DNA of 64,000 nt from the human T2T-CHM13v2.0 reference genome, Homo sapiens. The stretch is from NCBI RefSeq assembly GCF_009914755.1, contig NC_060927.1, one strand, 5' to 3'. Positions 42,023 through 54,999 of this stretch are shown here, in pieces. The notes beneath the pieces were generated by a model that saw nothing but the letters and a program-made list of their open reading frames with translations, did no database searches and had not been told where the DNA came from. The stretch's first letter is position 1, and each line of letters opens with the position of its first letter. A program made the position numbers and the translations under genes.

Positions 42023-44090
42023 TGAGCAGCTCATATAAATTGAGCATTTCATCTTTTCTAGAAAAAAAAGATTTGGGAACGTTTGCTAACATCAGTTCCT
42101 GTGTAGCCACAATGGACTGCTAAAGCTAGGCAGCAGCTACTCCCTTAGACAAATTCCGTATTCTCCAGTTAGCCACATTCCTACCTCTCCTTACTGTCTC
42201 TGGCATACAGCTGCATCACACCTTTCCACTACGTGCCGACCTTTGTAGACAATTGCTTTTGGAATTATTTGCTAAAATCAGAAAAAAGTATGAATGTGAC
42301 TACTCACAAAATTCTAGAATGCTGTAATAGAAACAGAGCAGTATGGTGTCATTGTTAAAATCCCAGCTTTGGATGTGAACAAAAAGTAAAGCCAGGCCTG
42401 TTCTTAATGTGAAGTCTACATTCTGTACATTCCTAATCTGAGCTTTGGTTTTCTTATCTTTAAAATGAGTATAATACCTCATAGGATTGTAATAAGAATA
42501 CGATATCTGCCTATTTATATAAGATTTAGATGTCACATTGCCTTGCTCATAATTATTCCTCAAAAACAGCACAGATTCACCTTAATTATAAACAATCCAA
42601 GTTAAAAGAATAATTAAAGGAAGCCTAAGAAAACTTTAGCTAATTACCACCCAATGACTGCAATTGGAAACTTCTAATAAACGGAAGGTTTTTCTGGATT
42701 ACTTTTAAATGAGAAAAATTTCCCAAATAAACCAATCTGAAACCAGGCATGTAATTTAAAAAACTTATTCAAGATGTGTCTTGAGATTGTAACAATTCTG
42801 TTGTCATCTTTTATATCTCTGTGGCTGTCCAAAATAAATTGGTTCTCAGAATGTGAACCTTTTAGCTAAGATATCAATTCATCAGTGATTGTTATGTTTA
42901 ATGCATGTATGAGGCAGGAAACTAAACTCTTTTTTTTTTGTGTTGATACTGAACCATTAGTTTGTGAGCAAAGCACATTATTAGCACTACTCATTGTCCA
43001 AGCAATTTGACTAGATAAGGTTTTAAATTATGCTTTACATACTAGACCACAAACATAAGGAATTGGTTAATGTTAGAGGTGGCTAGAAGATGAATACTTT
43101 ATACAGACTTCTATAATGGTATGAATGCTATTCCTTCAACACATCAGAATAGATATGACTTCCCTTTTTGTTTTGCAGATACACCCTTAACTTTTTGAGC
43201 TCATAAGGAAGGTATCAGACTATCCCTTGGTATCAGTGTTAAAGGAATGACAATAAGTTTGTAGGACTTATGACTAGTTTCTATGAAATACAGATTCATT
43301 ATATACATTTCTATATTTAATCAAAGAACTTGACAAAATGGAACAGCTGTATGTACATAGTACTTAACTTTTCCGTCAAAGTATTGCAATTTATCATTAT
43401 GCCACTTGGGGGCATCACTTTACCATTGACATTTTGCATACAGGGTGACCTTTAATTACAATGTAAATACCATATTCCTTTACATTTTTATTCACTTTCT
43501 GAATTAGCTGTGAGATTAAAATAAAACCTACAGTACAGACATTACACTTGCTTGATGCATGTTTGGAGAGTTTTCTTCCTGGCATAAATATTGGGCATCC
43601 CTTTTTTCATTATCACAGTAGAATAAAATTAAACTGTTAAAATGTATGGTGAATGAGATAGAGGTTTTTCCTTTATTATGCATCATGAAATTCATAAAAC
43701 AATATTTGAGAATATTTTCTTTCATAATTATAGACACTCTAGTCTAATTATGTTGTCATAGTCCTAAAAAGATTGTGCTAGTTCTTATTCATTTTATTTT
43801 ATAGTATTGTTAAATTGTCAAAGTATCTTTTCAAAAAATCAAACCCAAAAGATTTGATCAGCCCAGAAATTACTTTGGCCCTTAACATTAGCATAGTGCA
43901 TGTAATTTAATAGAAAAGAGATATTAAGGAAATAGGTTTACCCTAAAATACATGATTAAACTTGTAATTAATCATGGCCACAGCTACAGTGAATTTCAAC
44001 ATTCATCTTATCAGCATAGAATGTTGGTTATAATGATTTTTTAAAAATTTATCACATTTAAGATATAGTGATCTTACTATGCAGAGTTGA

Positions 44091-44428
<338 letters not shown>

Positions 44429-46049
44429 ACAATTTAAATATTAGACCTTTGCTTTGGACTCAGCACGAGAGAGGAAACTGAAGCAGTAGGAGATAAGGCC
44501 TAGCCTTCAGGTGCTTCCAGTCCGGAAGACTATATCAACACACATAAAACAACTAGTATACAGTACAAGACAATGCTTAAGTATCTGTGTGGCAGGTTGC
44601 ACTCGGAGATGTTGGAGTGGCTACTCCCTTTCCAACTCAATATTATCTTACTTGTTTCTGTGTACTATCTAACTTATGTGTATTTTCCCCTTGGTCCTAT
44701 CCAAGTGCGTATCCAAATATTTTACCCCTTAACTGTGATCGTACACCTTGGTCTTTGTCTAAATATGGGAAAAATGGTAACAAGGAAATGCTTTATCTCT
44801 ACAGAAGGCATTTTTTCCCCCTCTATCTCATATGTCTGCCTGAGATAAGGATCAGGAGTTAAATAGTAAAAGGCCTACAAGTCCTTAAAGAAATGGCCCT
44901 CAAGTCCAGGCTCTTGCCTCCTCAGAGAGCTCTTGGGTCTACATTAGAGTAGATTTTTAAAAGTCCTAGCAAGCTGATTTTCTACCCAGTTATGGAAACA
45001 AAATGGAAGATAGGGGGCCAAGAGTTGATGCTAGAATGAGTCATACTGACAACAGAGGGGAGTGGTCTTAGACCATAAGAGTAAGGGAGGTAGAAAGTAA
45101 GAAAAAGATAATTAAAAAACCCCAAAAGCCAAAAAAGTCTGGGTCCATTGTTGTAAAGCTCTCCATACTCCAGTTTCTACTTATAGAAATCTCAGACGTC
45201 CAGCCCTGTTCCAAAGTACTGTATTGAGACAGACTCACTAACTGGCATGGAGTCAAAAGGGCTCAGGGGTTCAGCCACCACCCTGGGGTCCAGGCCTCAG
45301 CTTTTCATATTCATACACCCAGAGATGGTCAGTCTTGGAGAGGAGCTTATATTAACTAAATCAAGACAAGATAGATCTATAAACCATGATTCCACTTCTT
45401 AATCTGGTTCCTAGGATGAACAGTACCTCCTCCTTTGTGCACCCTCCCACCATTTTCTGGTAGAAGTTCTGGAGAAGCTGTATATCTAATGAGAAGTGAA
45501 AATATAACCAAAATAAGCAGGTGGAATAATTGGGCAATTACTCGCTTAAACCAGGTAAAAGGTCTCTTCTAAGAACTTGACAAAATGGAACAGCTGTATG
45601 TACATTCTAAGTGGCTATTGTTGTGGGAGCCCTAAGACCCAGTGTTTATCTACTAAATAGCTCTGGATGCACCCCCATACAAATATTCATAGGGTACCTC
45701 CTTTCCCAATATTGAAAGTAATGTGTATACACTTTATAAAAAGTTCAGATGTGCATAAAGAAGCAGTAAAATAATCTATAATCCTGCCATCCAACCTGTG
45801 GTCTTTTCTGTATGCACTGACAAATATTCAGTCTTTTAACGAAACATGGCATTGGTCCTAGTCATTGCCTCTGAGAGGAGATAGGAAGAGAAGGAGACTT
45901 CACTTTTCACTGAACCCTTTCTGTGCATTTGGAATTTTGTATCATGTGCAAGACTGAAACAAAACAAAACCTATAAAATAAAGTGAAAAAACCCACATAT
46001 TCATTCAACAAATACTGGTCACCGTTTACTGGTCATCTGGAGCTTGAGT

Positions 46050-46580
46050 CTGGTACAGTGATTCTTAACCTTGGCCAAACAGTGGAATCACAATATTTAG
46101 AAAGTACAGATGCTTGAGTCATACTCCAGTGAATTCTGTTTGGTCTGGGGTATGGCCAAGGATTTTTGAGAACTTCCAGGTGATTCATATGTGTCACTAG
46201 ACTTGAAATATCTCAACTGGAGATAAAAACTCTACTTACATAATCATAAATAATTTTAGCTGCAATAACTTGTGAAAGAAAAATCTTGGTTCTTGTGAGG
46301 TACAATAAACTCATCTTTGCTTGCAGGATGGAAGGTTGGGTGAGGCAAGGCTTCCCTGAGAACTGTGAGCTGAAATCTGAAGAATTATTAAGAAGTAGCC
46401 AGTGGTTTTCACAATTTGTTGAGCATCAGAGTTGTCTGGAGAGCTTATTAAAACAGATTGCTTGGCTCCCCCCTACCCCAGAGGTTTCTGATTTAGCAGG
46501 TCTGGTAGGAGGGGCCTGACAATTTGCATTTCTAACAGCTGTTACTACATCTTAGAGGACTGCATTTTGAGGATCCTTGT
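46050..46580. mobile_element. Two MER5-like DNA transposon remnants with an L2 fragment between them
   Basis: cagtgattcttaacctt...; cagtggttttc...aatttgcatttctaac. Confidence 0.6.
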
Positions 46581-47024
46581 ACTAGGCAAAGGGATGGGAG
46601 AAGAGTTGCATTCAGTGTGAATGGCACTAAAATGGAATAGAGTTCAGTGTATATACAATCTCACATGCTTTTTTAAAGCAGGAAAATATAAGCATTTTCC
46701 CATGTTAGTAAATACTCTTTAAAAGCATCATTTTTAACACCTGCATAATAGTCTATGGCTTTCTTGTCATTTAACGGCCACTTGTTGGATATCTAGATTC
46801 TAGTGCCTTCTTTGAAGTAGAAGACTATTGTGCCTTTTAGCGTCCTCAGCGATTTGATGTGATGACTGGTTCAGCATTTTCTTCCTGTCAGTAGCATAAC
46901 TGAAAAACTAAGGAATGCAAGCTTCGGTCACTGAGAAATGACAGGCATTCTGTGTCATTCAATGGAAGCATTTTTTGGGTCAGTTGTGAGTTACAGCTAC
47001 ATTTGCACTGTAGTAATTAGATAA

Positions 47025-47333
<309 letters not shown>

Positions 47334-50300
47334 TGAATAATAATTCTTACTAAAATGTGTGGGTTTTTGTAATATTAAAAATACACTTTCAATAATTCAG
47401 ATTGTGACTGTAATTTCTGCCATTTAATAGCTGATCGCCTTTAGCAAAGCTAATATTTATATATTGTACCTACTAATACCTATTTATGGATATTTCTGTC
47501 TGATTTATTTAATCATTTTAACATATCTTTACTTTCAATTTTGAGTCATTTTAAACAAAACATCAATAGATTTAATGAGTCCAACTTTGAACTCAATCTA
47601 TGTATTCTTATTAAAGCTACTATTTCTATATTATGTCTAGGAGTTCTCTCCAGTGGTTATCTGTGATGGGATAGTGGGTTTATTGAGTGGGACGAGTTAA
47701 TTTAATAGGATTCAGTGGTTTACGCCGTGGAGAGTTATGAAAACAATTTGGAAGAAACTAATGATTTCTTTCTATTTTGCCTTGCCAGACCTCAAAACAC
47801 AGTTTCTTTCAGTTTCTCACAGTTAAAAAAAAAATCTTCCTGCTTATCTTTTAAGAGAAAGTATAACATGAAAGCATATTAAAATATTAAAAATTTTAAT
47901 ACTAAAATTAATATTAAAAACAGTTCAGATTCTCGGAATCTTGTGCTTAGGTTCCTCTAGGTAAATATAGAAAGAGTACATTTGAACTTGGACTTCACTT
48001 TGGGCTTTGTCAGTTCTCTGCACACAATAAGGTCAAGCCTCTGAGCTTCTGGCCATCTTATATTTAAAGTTTGGGAGATGGAATGGATAAGGAGAGAAGA
48101 AAATGCAAGGGCACATAGTTACTTTGATTAGTTTCAATCATGGTAATGAAGTCAATATTCTGAGATAAATGACTTTCCTAAGGCCGCTTTGCTGCATGTG
48201 TTAGCATAAAAGAATCCGTGTGCTTTCTATCTGGTTTTTAATATTTACAGATCAGAAATGACTAATAAAATATTAGAATGAGTAGGCTGCAGGGAAACCC
48301 TCAGTTTCTTTTTGGCTTAGGCAGGGGGCCAAAAAAGCCTCCTTTTAAGACTGAATTGCCAAGAAACATTTAGGAAGAAGACAACAGTTAGGAAGAAGGC
48401 AACAATACTCAAAAATTTTTCTTAAAAATAATTCTTTTTTCTTACATTACTGTTGTTTGAAAGAAAACAAAAGTGATGTATTTAAAATATTACAGCCGTA
48501 TTAGTGTCAGCAGTAAAAGTATATTCAAATTACAATAGTATACTTGTTAGATTTTCAGACTTATTTAAATTTATCATTCCACTCTGTTCTTTCAATGTGT
48601 TGTTCTGGTGGATTTGTGAGTAGGGAAGCTAATGGTTTGGCTAACACTGAATGACATCCCATGAAATATGGAATAGCATTCTTCATTTAAATGTATGAGA
48701 TAGGGGAATATCTAAGCTATTCTAGTAAATAATAGTAATAATAAATGTAATTGGATATGCTGATCCCTTTACATTGTCATTGTTGACTTCCTAAAATTTT
48801 TAAAGTGCAAGATTTTTGTGTTAAGCCTATTAAGTTATTGTATCTCATTTATTCAATAAATAAAGTATTTTAGGATGAGTGCAAAAAATGCAAGAGCAAA
48901 ATTTGATGGGTGTAGTCTACCTTGTAGGTTTTTTTTCCTTCCCCTAAAAGGGCTTTTTTCATCGAGATGTTTTATAATAAAAAGTGAGCTGATTTTTAAT
49001 AGAGTCCAGAGGAACCTCAATAACCAAATCCAGAATTCTTAATGGTTGATGAATATTAGAATATTCAGTCAGCTAACTTTAATTTCCTGACCCCAAAACA
49101 AGCACAACACCCTCAAGTATAATCTGTAACTAGCCCTTCTTGCTGTTGTTTCTACACAAGCAGCCTTTTGGGGAGAATATTTCCTCCAACAACTTTTGGT
49201 GCATCCGGCAGCCCAGCTCTCTTCCTGGCAGACAGCAGGCAGTTCCCTTTTACCATTGCTTACTTTAACTGGATCAGTTGAGGGAGGCATCTGTTTTACT
49301 CAGTCCTTTCCTTCTAAACCGATCTGGTTCCTTTTTGACGCATGAATGTCTCTCAAGAGTAATATAGGCAATTTTGGCCAGCACCCAACTTTATACCTAT
49401 TTTGAACTGAAAATTTTAGTTGTGATATCATCCACCCTTAAGTAACTTGAAATGAGATATGTATATGACTTAAATTTAAAAGAAATGAGAAGGGGGAAAA
49501 TTCTCAAGTTAAAATTAGTTTCTGGATCAATTTATTACTCTTCAACTGATTTTCCTGGGGAAAAAAGCTTAGTTGCCATAACATCCATGTTTAAATAGTG
49601 CACTTTGAGTGATGTGCATGACTTACAAGTCAACATGAGAGACAAGCAACCCTCATGTTAGTAATAGTTTCTTGGTCAGTTATTCCTAAGCTTGGTTTTT
49701 GGAAAGAGTAATTTGTAAATTTAATTAAGAGTAATTTGTACATCTATGTGGGAAATAAACATTGTTGGCACCAGAGTTCTAAAAGTAGTTTACTCCACTA
49801 ATTGTGCATTGTATAAATAATGTTATGTAGTATCAAAAATAAGCAGTTAATATTGTGTGACCTTTATTGCTTTAAAATACTGTGAAATTGAATTTCCATT
49901 CCGTAGTTTAACGAGAACACTTTTTATTTCTCAGATACTCTTATAAGCCCTAGTCCCTGCTACTCACGAATGAATAATTATGAACCTTTGACATGCTATA
50001 GAACATACTTATTAGTACAGTAGTGCTGTATTTATTTGGGTAGTTATATGAAAAAAAAAACACCCAAAGTTTTAGTTATTAAGAAAGCAAACACTAAGCC
50101 TGATGAAATGTGTGGGGGTGATGGATATGCTCATTATCATGATTGTAGAGATGGTGTCATGTTTCATGGGTATATACATATATCAAAATTTGGCAAATTA
50201 TACACTTAAAATATGTGCAGTGTATTATGTCAATTGTACCTTAACAATTGTGTTTAGAAAAAGCAAAAACCCTGTACCATGATATATGAAAACCCTTAAG

Positions 50301-51256
50301 ATTGTTAAACTGGCTGAATTTGCAGTTACTAATGATAATCATTATGAAACTTGGTACTTTCAGCTGAGTGCTGCTTTTTAATCTTGGGTTCATACCAGCC
50401 AATTTTATTGTTTTTAGCTCAGAGAAAAATCATAGGCTTTGTTTTTGGTACCTTTATTGGGCAAGTGAAGAAGGAAGATCAAAATGTAGTTGATAATATT
50501 GTCCTACATACTAGGTTTCCAACTTTCTAAGAGTGGAAAATTTGGAACATTGAATTTCTGATTAGAATGTGTTTGGGTGTCAATTTTCTCAGTCTCTCCC
50601 ACATGCAGCAGTCACTTAGCATTTTAATTAAAGTTTGGTTGATGTTTCCACTTCCCTATTAGTTTGAATTTTGAGAAACCCTTTAAAACCTAATCACTTA
50701 GCTATGGCTGCTTTCCTTCAGGGGAGATTCAAGGAAGATTTGTGGCCCCACAGCCCTTCATTTCCTCTCTTCTTTCTTTGCTTATGTCTTTCATCTCATA
50801 AGCCTCATACAAATGCATACACTGTGAGTTTGGGGATAATATCGGCCAATCCACTTTTTGCAATATTGGATTTGCTATTTGGTGATCAGCTGCTTTTAAT
50901 TTATATTGCTATTTCAAAGACATTTTGGTGCAAAGATTATTGAGCTCTAATGAGTAGTTTCTATTATTTTTAGAATTGCTTTAGTAATCAAAATTACAGG
51001 AAGGATTAATGACAGATGTGAGTTGCAAGGCAGTTTAACATTACTTAAAAAATGAAACATTTGGGTGTTCCATATGAATTGGACCTGACACATATCTGAA
51101 ATTGCATTTTAAGTAAGCTTTAAAGCAGTTGACTATTGAACTTGCAGGGAGTAAGTACATATTCAAAAGGTTTTGAAAACTGACAACAGTAGATAATTTC
51201 CCACAGATAAAGCTTATTTTGGCATTATTTTGCTAGCTCACATAACCATAAAAACT

Positions 51257-51355
51257 CTGTGTGTGTGTGTGTATGTGTATACATACGTAAATATATACTC
51301 ACGTATATATATGTGTGTGTGTATGTGTGTGTTTAAGGTGTGTATATGTGTATGC
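51257..51355. repeat. Compound (TG)n/(TA)n microsatellite
   Basis: Visible dinucleotide runs. Confidence 0.9.
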
Positions 51356-51558
51356 ATTTTTTAATTGGACAGTTTTTTAGTTCAACACTAGTTTCAGCAG
51401 CAAAAGTTGTGTTCAGCTGGTAATAATATCCCGTTCTGATGGATGAAGAGGCAAGGGCTCAATATTTCATAACTATACTTGGACATGAACTCAGTATTGA
51501 GTACTTGGAAGTACTCAGTGGAGACTTCTACTTTATAAAAATTCAAAAGGCGATTCCA

Positions 51559-54500
51559 GGGCAAGATGGCCGAATAAGAACAGCTCTGGTCTGCAGCTCC
51601 CAGCGAGATCAATGCAGAAGGTGGGTGATTTCTGCATTTCCAACTGAGGTACCTGGTTCATCTCATTGGGACTGGTTAGATGTGGGTACAGCCCACGGAG
51701 GGCGAGCAGAAGGAGGGTGGGGCGTCACCTCACCCCGGAAGTGCAAGGGGTTGGGGAGCTCCCTCCCCTAGCGAAGGGAAGCTGTGAGGGACTGTGCCAT
51801 GAGGAACAGTGCATTCCAGCTCAGCCACTATACCTTTCCCACAGTCTTCACAGACCAGGAGATTCCGTCAGGGGCCTACACCACAAGCGCCCTGGGTTTC
51901 AAGCACAAAACTGGGCAACCGTTTGGGCAGACACCCAGCTAGCTGCAGGTTTTTGTTTTTTGTTTTTTTTTTTCCCTGTATCCCAGTGGTGCCTGGAATG
52001 CCAGCGAGACAGAACTGTTCACTCCCCTGGAAAGGGGGCTGAAGCCAGGGAGCCAAGAGGTCTTGCTCAGCGGATCCCATTCCCATGGAACCCAGCAAGC
52101 TAAGATCCACTGGCTTGAAATTCTCACAGCCAGCATGGCAGTCTGAGGTCGACCTGGGATGCTGTTGCTTGGTGGGGGGAGGGGTGTTCACCATTACTGA
52201 GGCTTGAGTAGGTGGTTTTCCCTTCACAGTATAAACAAAGCTGCCAGGAAGTTCAAACTGGGTGGAGCCTACTGCAGTGCCACAAAGCCGCTGTAGCCAG
52301 ACTGTCTCTCTAGATTCCTCCTCTCTGGCAGGGCATCTCTGAAAGAAAGGCAGCAGCCTCAGTTAGGGGCTTATAGATAAAACTCCCATCTCCCTGGGAC
52401 AGAGCACCTGGGGGAAGGGGCGGCTGTGGGTACAGCTTCAGCAGACTTAAACGTTCCTGCCTGCTGACTCTGAAGAGAGCAGCAGATTTCCCAGCACAGC
52501 ACTCGAGCTCTGCTAAGGGACAGACTGCCTCCACAAGTGGGTCCCTGACCCCCGTGCCTCCTGATGGGGAGACACCTTCCAGCAGGGGTCGACAGGTACC
52601 TCACACGGGAGAGCTCTGGCTGGCATCTGGCAGGTGCCACTCTGGGATGAGGCTTCCAGAGGAAGGAACAGGCAGCAATCTTTGCTGTTCTGCAGCCTCT
52701 GCTGGTGATACCCAGGCAAACGGGGTTTGGAGTGGACCCCCAGAAAATACCAGCAGACCTGCAGAAGAGGGGCCTGACTGTTAGAAGGAAAACTAACAAA
52801 CAGAAAGCAATAGCATCAACATCAACAAAAAGGATGACCACGCAAAAACTTCATCCAAAGGTCACCAACAGCAAAGAACAAAGGTAGGTAAATCCACGAA
52901 GATGAGGAAAAACCAGCGCAAAAAGGCTGAAAATTCCAAAAACCAGAATGCCACTTCTCCAAAGGATCACAACTCCTCGCCAGCAAGAGAACAAAACTGG
53001 ATGGAGAATGAGTTTGACAAATTGACAGAAGTATGCTTCAGAAGGTGGATAATAATGAACTCCTCCGAGCTAAAGGAGCATGTTCTAACCCAATGCAAAG
53101 AAGTTAGGAACCTTGATAAAAATTAGAGGAGTTGCTAACTAGAATAACCGGTTTAGATAAGAACACAAATGATGTGATGGAGCTGAAAAACAGCACAAGA
53201 ACTTCATGAAGGAAGCATACACAAGTATCAATAGTCAAATCAATCAAGTGGAAGAAAGTATATCAGTGATTGAAGATCAACTTAATGAAATCAAGTGTGA
53301 AGACAAGATTAGAGAAAAAAGAATGAAAAGTAATGAACAAAGACTTCAAGAAATATGGGACTATGTGAACAGACCAAATCTACATTTGATTGGTGTACCT
53401 GTAAGGGACGGGGAGAATGGAACCAAGTTGGAAAACACTCATCAGGATATTATCCGGGAGAACTTCCCCAACCTAGCAAGACAGGCCAACATTCAAATTC
53501 AGGAAATACAGAGAACACTGCAAAGATACTCCTCAAGAAGACCAACCCCAAGACACATAATCGTCAGATTCACCAAGGTTGAAATGAAGGAAAAAATGTG
53601 AAGGGCAGCCAGAGAGAAAGGTTGGTTTACCCACAAAGGGAAGCCTATCAGACTAACAACAGACCTCTCTGCAGAAACCCTACATGCCAGAAGAGAGTGG
53701 GGGCCAATATTCAACATTCTTAAAGGAAAGAATTTTCAACCCAGAATTCCATATCCAGCCAAACTAAGCTTCAAAAATGAAGGAGAAATGAAACCCTTTA
53801 CAGACAAGCAAATACTGAGGATTTTGCCTTACAAGAGGTCCTGAAGGAAGCACTAAATATGGAAAGGAGAAACCGGTACCAGCCACTGCAAAAACAAACC
53901 AAAATGTAAAGACCATCAACACTATGGAGAAACTGCATCAACAAATGGACAAAATAACCAGCTAGCATCATAATGATAGGATCAAATTCACACATAACAA
54001 TATTAACCTCAAATGTAAATGGGCTAAATGCCCCAATTAAAAGGCACAGACTGGCAAATTGGATAGAGTCAAGACCCATTGGTGTGCTGTATTCAGGAGA
54101 CCCATCTCACGTGCAAAGACAAACATAGGCTCAAAACAAAGGATGGAGGACTATTTACCAAGCAAATGGAAAGCAAAAAAAAAAAAAAAAAAAAAAAGGT
54201 GGGGGGGGGGTTGGAATCCTAGTCTCTAGTCTCTGATAAAACAGACTTTAAACCAACAAAGATTAGAAGAGACAAAGAGGGGCATTACATAATGTAAAGG
54301 GATCAATGCAACGAGAAGAGCCAACTATCCTAGGTATATATGCACCCAATACAGGAGCACCCAGATTCATAAAGCAAGTTCTTAGAGACCTACCAAGGGA
54401 CTTAGACTCCCACACAATAATTGTGGGAGACTTTGATGCCCCACTGTCAATATTAGACAGATCAACGAGACAGAAAATTAACAGGGATATTCAGGACTTG

Positions 54501-54939
54501 AACTCAGCTCTGGACCAAGCAGACCTGATAGACATCTACAGAACTCTTCACCCCAAATCAACAGAATATACATTTTTCTCAGCACCGCATAGCACTTATT
54601 CTAAAATCGACCACATAATTGGAAGTAAAACACTCCTCAGCAAATGCAAAAGATCAGAAATCATAACAAACCCTCTCTTAGACCGCAGTGCAATCAAATT
54701 AGAACTCAGGATTAAGAAACTCACTCAAAACTGCCCAATTACGTGGAAACTGAACAACCTGCTCCTGAATGACTACTGGGTAAATAAGAAAATTAAGGCA
54801 GAAATAAGTTCTTTGAAATGAAGGAGAGCAAAGACACAGCATACCAGAATCTCTGGGACACAGCTAGGGCAGTGTTTAGAGGGAAATTTATAGCACTAAA
54901 TGCCCACAGGAGAAAATGGGAAAGATCTAAAATCAACAA
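51559..54939 (+). mobile_element. L1PA (older primate, about PA7-8-like), 5'-intact and 3'-deleted: 5'UTR, disrupted ORF1 (52902-53909), ORF2 EN domain from 53973
   Basis: caagatggccgaata 5' end; ORF1p and ORF2p EN peptides ([23 protein letters not shown]) with stops and frameshifts; no RT or 3'UTR. Confidence 0.93.
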
Positions 54940-54999
54940 TTGTCTATTTGTGCCCTTTTAGACTTTTTGATGTGAGCAAGAAAGACCTAAAATCGACAA

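Noticed and set aside
47878-47920. AT-only near-palindrome tattaaaaattttaata
   Set aside because: Low complexity; expected by chance
51868-52227. Antisense ORF in the L1PA 5'UTR as ORF0
   Set aside because: Cannot verify correspondence by eye; element is old and CpG-decayed
52902-54821. L1 ORF1/ORF2 pieces as functional genes
   Set aside because: Multiple stops and frameshifts, an expanded A/G tract at about 54175-54210, and no RT domain
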